The translations under genes and the position numbers were made by a program. Below the pieces are notes generated by a model. It did not search any database and was not told the DNA's origin. It worked only from the letters and a program-made list of their open reading frames with translations. From positions 1,088,001-1,152,000 of the forward strand of contig JBPOGI010000001.1 of NCBI GenBank assembly GCA_051251855.1: DNA of 64,000 nucleotides, read 5' to 3'. Positions 17,701-27,118 of the stretch are shown here, piece after piece. Position 1 is the first letter of the stretch; each line of letters starts with the position of its first letter. Source of the DNA: Roseibacillus sp. Lineage in GTDB: Bacteria > Verrucomicrobiota > Verrucomicrobiia > Verrucomicrobiales > Akkermansiaceae.

Positions 17701-18725
17701 CGGATGCGGATTTGATCCCTTCGGCCGCCGAAACTGCAGCTATTCCTATTATCTCTGAAACGGGTCAACAGATTGACCAGATTTGGGAATACCCGTCGCG
17801 ACCGCAGTGCTTCGAATGCCACCAAACGAACGCCGGCAACGTTCTGGGAATGAAATCCCGAATGCTGAATTCGCTTCTTCACTACCCATCGACCTCCACG
17901 ACGGCCAACCAACTGACCACCTTCGCCAGCTTAGGACTCTTTGACCAAGGACCAGACTTCACCACTCTTTCTACTGCTTTGAAATCGGTAGCCATCGACG
18001 ACCTGGATGCAACTTGGGAACACCGAGTTCGTTCTTACCTTGATTCTAATTGTTCCTACTGTCACCGCCCCGGTTCCGATTCTGGACGAGCGGAATTTGA
18101 CGCGCTTCTAACAACGCCTCTTGGACTCTCAGGCATTATTGATGGCGAGCTATTTGCCGGACATTTAGGAGTTCCTGGTTCATTGAACGTAACTCCCGGT
18201 GCACCGTCTTCATCCGTCTTGTATCTACGAGACAGCTCCACCGATCCCAGCGTAATGATGCCACCTCTAGGGCGCTCGATTACTGATGAAGTTTATATTG
18301 AAGTTCTCAAAACTTGGATCGAAACCATGGACCACACGAACTACATTGCTTGGGCCCAAGCCAACAATATTGACACCGGCTTCACCGGAGATGCCGATGG
18401 GGATGGTTACCCTAACGTATTCGAGTTCTTGTTTCTTCAAGACGGCAAGAATCCTGATATCTCGACGCTCCCCGAGGTCGTGGTTCCTGGAGCATCCACT
18501 CCTCTCATTCAAATCCCCGTATCAGGATCAGCTCTTTCCGACGGATTCCAAGTCGTCGTTCAAGGTTCAACTGACTTGGAGAATTGGTTTCCGGTCGGAC
18601 ATGCTCAAAGCGGCTTGGCGCTCTCAAGCAACACTTCAGCCCCAGAAACCAATGGCATGATGGAAATAGAGATTTCCACTGATGCAGACAAACAGTTCAT
18701 TCGATATGGAGTCACACTCCCCTAG
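14727..18725 (+). CDS. Secreted multidomain protein: LamG + Ca-binding DxDxDG repeats + glucose/sorbosone dehydrogenase-type propeller + diheme cytochrome c
   Basis: LamG (WHHIV..., GEIDDVALW), DxDxDG repeats, GSDH motifs (FHPEF, HFGGSLGF, GTRNPWR, GYNGGWP), two CxxCH (CFECH, CSYCH), MPPLGR. Confidence 0.85.
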   Translation: MFKIIPRFQSSFGTTTTFLVCALAFTETLMGQLSSDLTAYWTFDNSLDDVAGSYLGNANTNDDNLTFQGTGAQYGTGLFGAAGYTSAGQGYASTPDSVDVDANNNTISISVWTRVENFNKNWQTLLSKGEGSNFRISRYQSSNFVNCRVGSGDFSSNPFGINDGQWHHIVTTGGPSGSLLYIDGVLANSNTSPAVLSNDNTDFWIGDNPEATGRQWDGEIDDVALWHRELSAAEVTSIYQAGTDAQGPQSLGQLIIASSDGDNDDDGLPDEWEFTHGLSFSAASGALGDDGASGDPDGDSLSNLDEYLAGTNPVLSDTDQDGLWDGAEVNTYLTDPTLADSDSDGSPDGEEILFSSDPNDDSSLPAANENASGLTSVGGIGPYLDGNLPSLTPNNGNATGDLWSTANAFPALGNFGSLKGLVSEPLSNNLHVIERGGTIQRVDVTNPTAKVEVLNISALTVNGDNGGLRSVVFHPEFNEVGSPNRNYMYCFYSTDADASRGFTNGDGNFFYRLSRFTRNESSGLFPSSSELVLIQQSSPDEGQHFGGSLGFDPDGFLLIGWGDMEFNSSRVGVDFYQDAQRVDRIFQAAVLRIDVDMQGGAISSPPTRTLQGSSGPNAAAGTDQSCPTGHAYYHVDNFSGIDYYIPSDNYFVLNPPAPGDGSFANTPLHGDALGEHMALGTRNPWRMAVDPVDGDIALFNVGSNSGDDFEEVELVSQGYNGGWPYLEGLTSQTSETGRNTPPSQYAPTALGTETSPITYWAHGTGRVASGGLFYRGSKWSTIDKHLIFGDHGNGKIWALDYKDFGAAASTYTETDGALAPSNYTLRELVDSTGNIRQMAAGPSGEDIYIATSNQIHILTNAAAPNPEPPALLSATGAFTDLANLVPRGGLIPYQPASQLWSDRAAKLRWIAVPNNEGVSGEYDDASQKITYSEEAEWAYPIGTVFIKHFALPSDLRDPGNAALLTPVETRFAVRNEDGDYYYFSYRWRADGSDADLIPSAAETAAIPIISETGQQIDQIWEYPSRPQCFECHQTNAGNVLGMKSRMLNSLLHYPSTSTTANQLTTFASLGLFDQGPDFTTLSTALKSVAIDDLDATWEHRVRSYLDSNCSYCHRPGSDSGRAEFDALLTTPLGLSGIIDGELFAGHLGVPGSLNVTPGAPSSSVLYLRDSSTDPSVMMPPLGRSITDEVYIEVLKTWIETMDHTNYIAWAQANNIDTGFTGDADGDGYPNVFEFLFLQDGKNPDISTLPEVVVPGASTPLIQIPVSGSALSDGFQVVVQGSTDLENWFPVGHAQSGLALSSNTSAPETNGMMEIEISTDADKQFIRYGVTLP

Positions 18726-19067
18726 GCCTCTTTCGTACATTTCCTTCACCAGGTGATTTGATTGCCTTTCTTTTTGGGCAACATTGGCAGCCTAGGTCCT
18801 TTCGCCCAACGATTACCGGGCCTGAGTTTGTCGGGAAGGAGGACTACCCAGCCCACTTTGTGACAAAGGAGGTTATTAGATATGCGCTACGAATCATCGC
18901 AATTCACTTCCTTGTTAGAGGGAGATTGCATTTCCCCCAGACTCTTGCGGAAGGAGCGACTACTGCGCCTCTTTTATTCCCCCGAGCACAGCTAGCCTGG
19001 TAGGCGAGAGGCAGCTGAGCAGTCTCTCTCAGTCCGACTACAGAATCTATCCTGCTAAGCGCGCCCC

Positions 19068-22000
19068 CTACTCCTCTGCTCTCAGGCGGATGAACTCTTT
19101 ACCGGAAATTCTATCTCCGACAGGCAATGCACTACGATAAATAACAGTACTGGTGCCGTCCAAGTTATCTGTCTCGGAGACCAAGACGACGTCCGGCAAT
19201 CCATCCCACATCACGAGATCTTCCGAAACTTCCGCCTCGATATTCACCGAGTTGACTGTGTGGAGATTCCTGCGATAGCGAATTGTGAGATAATTTTCGG
19301 TCGAGCCCTCCACGAGGAAGGAGTTGATTGTTGCGACAATCGTCGAATCACCAGCTACGGAATCACTCGAACTTAGGGCATACTCTAACAAAGCGACAAG
19401 ACCGTCGCCATCGGCATCAGCAGAAGGATCTCCCACGAAGCCAACCGAATCAACTGTGCCTGGACTCCCACCGTCTTGACCGCTCGCTGCCCAGTTGGTT
19501 GCGACAGTATGGTCAGGAAGTTCCAATGGAGAAATGAGCACAAGTGAGAAACCTCCATTGTCAGGGGCTGGCGGCCAAGGAAGGACATCGTCGTATGTGA
19601 AATCCTGAATTACTGAACCCGCCGCATCCTGTATCAGTAGGCGTTCTCCGCCATTGGAGAGCTTTCCTCCATATTGAACCAGACCTAAGCTGTCGGAGCC
19701 GAAAGCTATTCCATTAGCCAAGCCGCCATACCTCACTTCGAAGGCATCTCGGTTTTCGACAATCACCAACCTTTCTCCACTAGGCAAAATATTGTTCGGC
19801 CCAAAGGTGAAGCTAATCCCGACTGAAATTGTCACTCCCTCCAAATCGATCGGCTGTCCGCCCACATTCATCAACTCAAGAAACTCAAACTCGTCGCCAT
19901 CCGCAGCGACAGCTTCCTCTGCTGAGCCTGAAGGGCCTACGGGATTGTAGTGAAACTCAGAAACCACGAGATTATCAGCATCCGCTGGGATCGGCTCTGG
20001 CGTGAAGAATGCAGCATTGAGAGCACTCCACTCTCCCGTCGTCGTATTGTAAGTCCTCGAAAGCAACCAACCTGGAAAAGTTACGGGAATAGGTTCTGAC
20101 ACGGGGCCGCCACTACTTCCGGGGGGATTACCGATCAGCTCGATATCAAAGCTAATATCCGAACTTGTTGCAGACCGATTGTGAATCTCTGCCGCAATCG
20201 TGTTGTTTCCGGCGACAAAGGCAGTCGAAGGAAGAGTAACGGATCCAAACTGATTCTCGGAGCTTGTCGCAGTTGAGTAATCGTCATAGGCCGCATTTAA
20301 GGCCACATTCTCACGAGCTACGGGAATGGCATTTCCGTTGAGATAGATCGTCACGCCATCATCGAAGACATAGTTGAGAGTGAAATCCTCGAACATCGAC
20401 GGATCCGGAATATTGATATCTGACTTTCGAAAATAGGTCGTCGGATTCTTCTGAATGCCAGAAGTTCCCGGATCAGAATCGACAAACCCAACGTCGGTCG
20501 CCTCGTCGCCGTCACCGTATCCAAGAGGAGATGCTCCACTGCCCCAAGAAGTCGCGTCGAAGCTCACATCTCGCCAAGTCGTCCCCTGATTCGAGCCGTC
20601 AGCGAGATAGGACCAATTATCGCCCTCCTGAACGAAGCTTACTGGATTCGCCCCTCCTCCATCAAAAGAAATCATCGTCGCCGCTGAGCTAACAACTCCC
20701 CCAGGAAGACGTGGGTCGAGTGAATTCACATACTCATCAAGATTGGTATCCGCTGAATCAAAGAGGTAATAGACCTCCAGATTAGAGTCGCTTACCGAGA
20801 TTGTAGGGCCAGTCCCCGTTACGAACTCTCCCCCGTGCTGACTGTAGACCGGAGCTTCTTGCGAAGGATACATCCCCGCAGCCACAAACTTAGCTATCAT
20901 ATCCGCGGTCTGGCTCGGGTTCCCCTGTAGTTCAGGGAAAAAATTGTCGGTAAGATTCGCGTGATACGAGAAAAATGACGCCGGTGAACGATATCCCCAA
21001 CGCGCAGCTTCTGTGAGAAAAGAAAGCGCAGTTTCATCCACTCGGTCTTGGAGCCGTTCAATATTCTTCTCCGGGGTGAGGGCTCCATTGTTGAAAAAGT
21101 GCTTATGAATTCGATCCGCGACCAAAGTGGTGAAGTCAGGATCGCCTTCATCACGCAGTTCCCTCATCAAATCCACAGGACCGTCGTCCAAAACATTGCG
21201 TCCACCAGGATTGCGAAGATAGCCATCGGCATCCTTCAGGAAAAACTTGAAGGGAACCTCCCGCGATTCCGAGCCTGCTGCCCGAAACTCGCTTTCGCAG
21301 CTTCCATTCACATAGAGGAGGATGAAATCAATGGCGTTGATGACATCGATATGACTCCGGACATTGGTAAAGGGCGCGGCACCGGCAGCGAGCACTTCCC
21401 CCGCCCTCCAAAAGTCCCCGCTCCCGTCATAAACGGTGAGTTGTGCTTGGAAGTTGTCATTGGCATCGACCGCTTCGTAATCTTCCTTACTCCCACCGTA
21501 ATATTCCGAAATCATGGAAGCATCCCACCCTTCTCGCAGGTGATACTGCCCCCAGTATTCCCCCCTGATATAGACGTGAACGAAACGACCGTGCGGCGCG
21601 ATGTGCCCCATATCCAAGGTGGCATCATCCGAGTATCGATTCGAGAGGTAAGCTCCTCGCGCAGCCATGTCGTGGTTGCCTGCACGCAGGTCAAAGGAGT
21701 TCACCTCATTCGCCGGTTGAAAGCTGCTGTATTCATGCCCCCCCCATAGCTGGAAGTCGAGCTTCCCTGGCCCATACTCACTTCGAAAAGTGAAGCGCAT
21801 ACTATTCTTGTCGAAATTGGTCACGAGACCTCCAAAGCGCGAAAACCCAGCATCTGCCTGGGTATCTCCATCCTCAAAGCCAATCATCTCGACGGATACT
21901 TCTTTCTCGTCACGACTGACCGAGCCATTGAATTCCCCATCAAAGTTCAGCGAGATTGTCGGTATCGAAATCAGGGCTGCCTCGAGGTCGGGCGCATATT

Positions 22001-23792
22001 GCGGGTCCTGAGTCACTCCAACATCCATCTCCGGCTGCGTGATAACGTCGGTAGGGAAAATATAAGTGTGAGTATCCACATTGGTAGCACCGAACCCATC
22101 TTTGAAAGCCGCGGCCCGCAAAACGGTCGTCTCGGAGATATCGATAGGCCCAGTATAAAGAATGCCAGTCGTAGCAGTCGGTTTGGAACCATTGAGAGTA
22201 TACCTGATGTTGGCATCGGTGGTGAGGGAAGAAACGGTCACCTGAATGGGAGTTGAGTAGAAACCTCGGTCTAAGCTGAAGCTCGTGTCTGCCACAAAGC
22301 CGAGTACCGATGCCTCATTCGCCGCGCCTGGAGTCGGGGTGGCTAAATACCCTTCCGTTCCCCGCACTCCGTCGAATCCATAGGAGACATCGATTTCCTG
22401 CTCGGGATAGCTCGGGGCGTATTCCGTGATAATCGAAACTCCGTCCGTTTTGGTCAAAGCAAGATACTCCCCAGCCGATGAAAGCAAAAAATTGGTGTGC
22501 AGTTCAGAAGTTGGATCGGGGGCAACCCGATTCTTACCTGACGCAAATACGACTAAATACTCCCCAGCAGCGAGGGTAACGTTAGGCAGCATCCACTTTG
22601 TCAAATCAGTGACGTCGTCGGATAAAAAATATCCAGCTAAAGACAAGGAGCTGGTGCCTGGGTTGTATAGTTCAATCCAATCCGAAGGGTCACCATCTTC
22701 ATCGAGTATGCCTTGGTCATTTGATGCCAAGAACTCAGAAATAATCGGCACTCCGTCCTCCACGGGTCTCAAAAACAGGGTGCGACTTACGGTGCCATTG
22801 CTGTTGCTCGCTTCTAACAGGTACTCGGTCTCTTCAGTAGGAGAGACACTGATTCCATTGCTTCCCAAAACGTCCGTTCCATTCAAGGTAAGGCTGGTGG
22901 CGTTGCTTCCCACTTCCCAACTGAGATTCACATTGGTGCCTGCTTCGACAAATAAGCTATCTCCGGCATCGGAATCGTAAGAGTAGATGAGTGGTTGATT
23001 CGTGACCTCAATGGTCGCGATAGCCGTGGAGGTCCCGCTCGGGTTAATCGCGGTCAACTCGTAGTCAGTGGTCGCTGACGGTGCTATGACGTCAACACTT
23101 TCATCCGGATCTGTAAGAACGTCGCCTACTCCGTTGTTAATCTGAAGAGAAGTGAGATTGTCCGACACTTCCCAACTCAAGGACACCGTATCACCCGAGG
23201 TCACTAGAGTCCGGTCGGACTCAAAGGAGATGATACGTTCAGGGTCTTCAGCAGTGACCTCGTTCAAAGAGAGAACCCTAGCATTGTTAGATATCTCCGC
23301 TTCTGGCGTCCGCTTGACTCGAATCATGTTTCCGGTTGCGCCGCCAGCGTCCACAATGATCTCCGTGACTGTGTCCGCATTGGGGCCGGGATTTTGGAGC
23401 TCTGAAGTATACACAATAGTGCCCCCGTTGAAATCACTCCCCAAATTTCCATTGAATTCCACCACATAGACCGTGATATCTCGCAAACGAGGCGCCGCGC
23501 CACCATTACGATTCAGGAGCTTGATTTCCCCAAAACTTTTGCTCTCTGGCAACAAGACCTGCCAAGTCGGATCATCGTCGGTCGCTCTGGTATGGGTAAA
23601 GTTGTTGGTCACCCCATCGATCGCTAAACTTGCCGGAAACTGATCCTCATTCCCTGTTTCATAGCCAGTACTATGTGCTGCAGTGCCAACGGTGAGATCG
23701 ATTGGCTCAGCAGTCAAAGAAGAGGTCAGAAGGCTTAGGCTGGCAAGTAGCGGACATGCGACTGCGGGTTCAGTCAAAAACTTAAGGGTCAT
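19068..23792 (-). CDS. Secreted lamin-tail-domain / CotH-like protein with N-terminal discoidin/F-lectin-like domain
   Basis: ASLAIDG...THT...PTWQV (F5/8C-like), two LTDs (IISEFLASN...SDWIELYN; VVSEFHYNP...EFLELMN), IRYTLNGSKP (FN3-associated), CotH-like GRFVHVYIRGEYWGQYHLRE. Confidence 0.82.
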   Translation of the reverse strand: MTLKFLTEPAVACPLLASLSLLTSSLTAEPIDLTVGTAAHSTGYETGNEDQFPASLAIDGVTNNFTHTRATDDDPTWQVLLPESKSFGEIKLLNRNGGAAPRLRDITVYVVEFNGNLGSDFNGGTIVYTSELQNPGPNADTVTEIIVDAGGATGNMIRVKRTPEAEISNNARVLSLNEVTAEDPERIISFESDRTLVTSGDTVSLSWEVSDNLTSLQINNGVGDVLTDPDESVDVIAPSATTDYELTAINPSGTSTAIATIEVTNQPLIYSYDSDAGDSLFVEAGTNVNLSWEVGSNATSLTLNGTDVLGSNGISVSPTEETEYLLEASNSNGTVSRTLFLRPVEDGVPIISEFLASNDQGILDEDGDPSDWIELYNPGTSSLSLAGYFLSDDVTDLTKWMLPNVTLAAGEYLVVFASGKNRVAPDPTSELHTNFLLSSAGEYLALTKTDGVSIITEYAPSYPEQEIDVSYGFDGVRGTEGYLATPTPGAANEASVLGFVADTSFSLDRGFYSTPIQVTVSSLTTDANIRYTLNGSKPTATTGILYTGPIDISETTVLRAAAFKDGFGATNVDTHTYIFPTDVITQPEMDVGVTQDPQYAPDLEAALISIPTISLNFDGEFNGSVSRDEKEVSVEMIGFEDGDTQADAGFSRFGGLVTNFDKNSMRFTFRSEYGPGKLDFQLWGGHEYSSFQPANEVNSFDLRAGNHDMAARGAYLSNRYSDDATLDMGHIAPHGRFVHVYIRGEYWGQYHLREGWDASMISEYYGGSKEDYEAVDANDNFQAQLTVYDGSGDFWRAGEVLAAGAAPFTNVRSHIDVINAIDFILLYVNGSCESEFRAAGSESREVPFKFFLKDADGYLRNPGGRNVLDDGPVDLMRELRDEGDPDFTTLVADRIHKHFFNNGALTPEKNIERLQDRVDETALSFLTEAARWGYRSPASFFSYHANLTDNFFPELQGNPSQTADMIAKFVAAGMYPSQEAPVYSQHGGEFVTGTGPTISVSDSNLEVYYLFDSADTNLDEYVNSLDPRLPGGVVSSAATMISFDGGGANPVSFVQEGDNWSYLADGSNQGTTWRDVSFDATSWGSGASPLGYGDGDEATDVGFVDSDPGTSGIQKNPTTYFRKSDINIPDPSMFEDFTLNYVFDDGVTIYLNGNAIPVARENVALNAAYDDYSTATSSENQFGSVTLPSTAFVAGNNTIAAEIHNRSATSSDISFDIELIGNPPGSSGGPVSEPIPVTFPGWLLSRTYNTTTGEWSALNAAFFTPEPIPADADNLVVSEFHYNPVGPSGSAEEAVAADGDEFEFLELMNVGGQPIDLEGVTISVGISFTFGPNNILPSGERLVIVENRDAFEVRYGGLANGIAFGSDSLGLVQYGGKLSNGGERLLIQDAAGSVIQDFTYDDVLPWPPAPDNGGFSLVLISPLELPDHTVATNWAASGQDGGSPGTVDSVGFVGDPSADADGDGLVALLEYALSSSDSVAGDSTIVATINSFLVEGSTENYLTIRYRRNLHTVNSVNIEAEVSEDLVMWDGLPDVVLVSETDNLDGTSTVIYRSALPVGDRISGKEFIRLRAEE

Positions 23793-23998
23793 TTTAAGGA
23801 GGAATTTTTGGCGGATCTGAACAGACTTTGTGAGCCTGAGCCGATCTTTTCGGCTATCCAGTCAAACTATCAGGTCTAAAACACCTTGAGAACACGAAAA
23901 AACACTCCAATCCAAAAGCAATGTCACTTATAAAGTAGTGACTATTAGGAATTTAAACATTCCCCGCAAACTTAATATACGCGGGGGAAATCGAGAAT

Positions 23999-24271
23999 CT
24001 AGCCCTTGGAATGAGCTCCGTTGCCGCTTCGTCCTTCTCCGAAATACTTCTCGCTCCGGTAACGCAGCCACACCCGTAAAGTTTGAGGAACCTTCTCTTT
24101 CTCAACTTGGGTTAAGGTTTCATAGAGTTCCAGAGCTCTCAAGCGTTCCCTTCGACAGGCTCCATTATTGTGGTCGTCCCAATGCTTGCGTGCGAGCCGG
24201 ATACGCCGATTCACTTCCTTAACAAGATTGTTTCCCACCAAGGGCTTATTCATCTTTTTTTTGGCAGGCAT
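23999..24271 (-). CDS. Small basic hypothetical protein
   Basis: 90 aa from ATG 24271, with RLARKHWDDH.N.ACRR and LRVWLRYRSEKYFG; a GC hairpin follows at about 23959-23989. Confidence 0.7.
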   Translation of the reverse strand: MPAKKKMNKPLVGNNLVKEVNRRIRLARKHWDDHNNGACRRERLRALELYETLTQVEKEKVPQTLRVWLRYRSEKYFGEGRSGNGAHSKG

Positions 24272-24306
24272 ATGATTCGGATTACCGCGTCGGCGCCTGA
24301 AAGAAT

Positions 24307-24338
24307 ACTCCCCTTGAACACAAAAGTCCAAGGGGAGT
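24307..24338 (-). terminator. Hairpin directly after clpB
   Basis: ACTCCCCTTG-N12-CAAGGGGAGT, a 10-bp perfect stem 8 nt past the stop codon. Confidence 0.6.
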
Positions 24339-24346
24339 TTCCAGTC

Positions 24347-26923
24347 TTAAGCCTTCGCAAAGACGACCTTACCATCGTCGACCTCAGCCTTGATGACATC
24401 TCCGGACACAAAACCTCCCTCGAGCACCTGCAAGCTGAGTTCATCCAAAAGATACTTCTGAATTGCTCGCTTCAGCGGGCGGGCGCCATAGACAGGGTCG
24501 TAACCTTGATTGCCAATGAATTCCTTGGTCTCTTCTGAGAGAGCCAACCCCAGCCCTTGCTTGGCAAGACGCTTCCGAACCCTCTCTAGTTGAATATCCA
24601 CAATGGTCGTCAACTCGGCTCTATCGAGGCGGTCAAAGATCACGGTCTCATCAATGCGGTTCAAGAACTCGGGTCGGAAGTGACCTCGGAGGGCTTCCGT
24701 CACCTTCGCTTCCCTTTGTTCAACATTCGACTCATCCATGATGAATTGGCTTCCGATATTAGAAGTCATAATGAGAACGGTATTGCGGAAGTCCACCGTC
24801 CGTCCCTGTCCGTCCGTAATGCGGCCATCATCCAACACCTGCAAAAGCACGTTGAAGACATCGGGATGTGCTTTCTCAATCTCGTCGAAAAGAACCACCG
24901 AATATGGCTTGCGACGCACATGCTCACTAAGCTGTCCGCCCTCTTCATAACCGACGTATCCTGGAGGTGCTCCAATCAAACGCGAGACGGCGTGCTTCTC
25001 CATGTATTCCGACATATCGATGCGCACCATCGCGTTCTCGTCATCGAAGAGGAACTCTGCCAAAGCTTTAGAGAGCTCAGTCTTACCCACGCCAGTAGGT
25101 CCCAAGAAAAGGAACGAGCCAATGGGCCGATTTTCATCCTGTAGCCCTGCTCGAGCTCGACGCACGGCGTTAGAGACAGCCTCAATCGCTTTGCGCTGGC
25201 CAATCACGCGTTCGCCCAGACGGCTCTCCATCTGAACCAACTTAGCGCGTTCGCCCTCTTGGAGCCGACTCACCGGAATCCCAGTCCATGCCGCCACCAC
25301 TCGAGCAATATCCTCCTCGGTCACTTCCTCTTTCAAAAGCCCATTGCTTCCCTGCAACTCAGCCAGACGCGCATTGGCATCTTCGAGGTCCTTCTCGGCA
25401 TCAGGAATCTGCCCATAAGTAATCTCCGATGCACGGGTCAGATCTCCAATGCGTTGCGCCTGCTCAATCTCAGTCCGCAGGCCATCGAGACGGCCTTGCA
25501 CTTCACGTACCGCGTCGATGACCTCCTTCTCATTTCTCCAACGCGCCATTAGCCCTGAAGACTCTTCTTTCAAGTCTGCCATCTCGGCCTCAACCTTATC
25601 CAAGCGCTTCTTACTAGCCTCATCAGTTTCCTTGATTAGAGCCTGGCGCTCCATTTCCAGCTGCATCACTTGACGCTCAATTTGGTCAATCTCAGTGGGC
25701 ATAGAATCGAGTTCGATCTTAAGTCGGCTAGCTGCCTCATCGATTAAATCCACTGCCTTGTCAGGAAGAAATCGGTCAGTAATATAGCGGTCACTCAATG
25801 TCGCCGCAGCTACGATGGCACTATCCTGAATCCGCACCCCATGGTGGACTTCATAGCGCTCCTTCAGCCCTCGCAAAATGGCAACGGTATCCTCCGTGCT
25901 TGGCTCGCCCACCTTGACCGGTTGAAAGCGACGTTCGAGAGCTGCATCTTTTTCAATATACTTACGATACTCATCCAAGGTGGTGGCTCCTACCGTACGT
26001 AACTCGCCACGAGCCAACTGAGGTTTCAACAAGTTGGAAGCGTCGACCGCACCCTCGCTGGCACCAGCACCTACGATGGTATGCAACTCATCGATAAAGA
26101 GGATAATCTCTCCATCCGATGCCGTCACCTCCTTCAAGAACGCCTTGAGACGCTCCTCGAATTCACCACGATATTTTGCTCCCGCAAGCATGCTTCCGAG
26201 GTCCAATGAAACCACGCGCTTGTTCTTCATGCCCTCTGGCACATCTCCGCTCACGATACGTCGTGCCAAACCTTCCACAATGGCGGTCTTACCCACCCCA
26301 GGTTCACCAATTAGCACCGGATTGTTCTTCGTGCGTCGAGAGAGCACCTGCAAGACTCGACGAATCTCTTCATCTCGTCCAATCACAGGGTCAATCTTTC
26401 CTTCCCTCGCTCGCGCCGTCAGGTCGGTGCCATACTTTTCAAGAGCCTCGTATTTTCCTTCCGGATCGTCGTCGGTCACCTTTTGGGCCCCTCGAATATC
26501 CTTCAAAGCTGCATCAAAGTTCTCCTGAGTGAGCCCCGCGTCTTTCAAGAGCTTTCCAGCAGGAACATCTGCCTTTAGCGCTCCTGCCAAGAAGTGCTCC
26601 ACACTCAAATAATCATCCTCCATCGACTCCCGCACCTCATCAGCGGCATCCAAGCTTGCTCGAAGACCATAGCTCATCTGCGGCTGACTTCCCGAACCCT
26701 GAACACGCGGTTCCGAGCCCAGCGCAGTTGCTACCGAAGCCTTTAAACGTGGCACATCCACCCCAGCCTTTTCTAAAATCGGAACCACGATCCCCCCCTC
26801 CTGAGTAAGAAGGGCCAAGAGCACATGATTCCCCTTCAACTCGGGGTGTGCGGACTTCGCGGCGGTCTGCTGCGCTTGTTGGAGCGCTGCCTGTAATTTT
26901 GCAGTTAATTTATCTAATCCCAT
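24347..26923 (-). CDS. clpB: ATP-dependent chaperone ClpB
   Basis: Two AAA modules ([16 protein letters not shown]), middle coiled coil, [24 protein letters not shown]; start moved to ATG 26923. Confidence 0.97.
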   Translation of the reverse strand: MGLDKLTAKLQAALQQAQQTAAKSAHPELKGNHVLLALLTQEGGIVVPILEKAGVDVPRLKASVATALGSEPRVQGSGSQPQMSYGLRASLDAADEVRESMEDDYLSVEHFLAGALKADVPAGKLLKDAGLTQENFDAALKDIRGAQKVTDDDPEGKYEALEKYGTDLTARAREGKIDPVIGRDEEIRRVLQVLSRRTKNNPVLIGEPGVGKTAIVEGLARRIVSGDVPEGMKNKRVVSLDLGSMLAGAKYRGEFEERLKAFLKEVTASDGEIILFIDELHTIVGAGASEGAVDASNLLKPQLARGELRTVGATTLDEYRKYIEKDAALERRFQPVKVGEPSTEDTVAILRGLKERYEVHHGVRIQDSAIVAAATLSDRYITDRFLPDKAVDLIDEAASRLKIELDSMPTEIDQIERQVMQLEMERQALIKETDEASKKRLDKVEAEMADLKEESSGLMARWRNEKEVIDAVREVQGRLDGLRTEIEQAQRIGDLTRASEITYGQIPDAEKDLEDANARLAELQGSNGLLKEEVTEEDIARVVAAWTGIPVSRLQEGERAKLVQMESRLGERVIGQRKAIEAVSNAVRRARAGLQDENRPIGSFLFLGPTGVGKTELSKALAEFLFDDENAMVRIDMSEYMEKHAVSRLIGAPPGYVGYEEGGQLSEHVRRKPYSVVLFDEIEKAHPDVFNVLLQVLDDGRITDGQGRTVDFRNTVLIMTSNIGSQFIMDESNVEQREAKVTEALRGHFRPEFLNRIDETVIFDRLDRAELTTIVDIQLERVRKRLAKQGLGLALSEETKEFIGNQGYDPVYGARPLKRAIQKYLLDELSLQVLEGGFVSGDVIKAEVDDGKVVFAKA

Positions 26924-26934
26924 ACCCTCTCTTT

Positions 26935-26951
26935 TGCAGTTTCCTAGCCAA
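26935..26951 (-). promoter_or_regulatory. Sigma54-type promoter of clpB
   Basis: Minus strand TTGGC-TAGGAAA-CTGCA; 12 nt separate the -12 GC from the ATG. Confidence 0.5.
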
Positions 26952-27118
26952 TCCAGAACCAACAAAAACCTTCGTAATTACAAGGGTTTTCAAGACCCCT
27001 TTTTTTCAATGCGTCACATTGCCCCCCAAAGTGACACACCTTGTGCCGAAGTGTCCCAAACCTTTTCACGACAGGGCTTTTCCTTTCAGCTCTCCCTCGA
27101 TTCAGTAGCCTGAGCACC

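Noticed and set aside
18758..19003. 81-aa ORF between the convergent giant genes
   Set aside because: TTG start, no SD and no motif; not supportable from the sequence alone.
11654..24000. Genomic island integrated at tRNA-Arg
   Set aside because: No integrase and no duplicated tRNA 3' end were seen, and the tRNA 3' end faces the core gene rng rather than the accessory genes.
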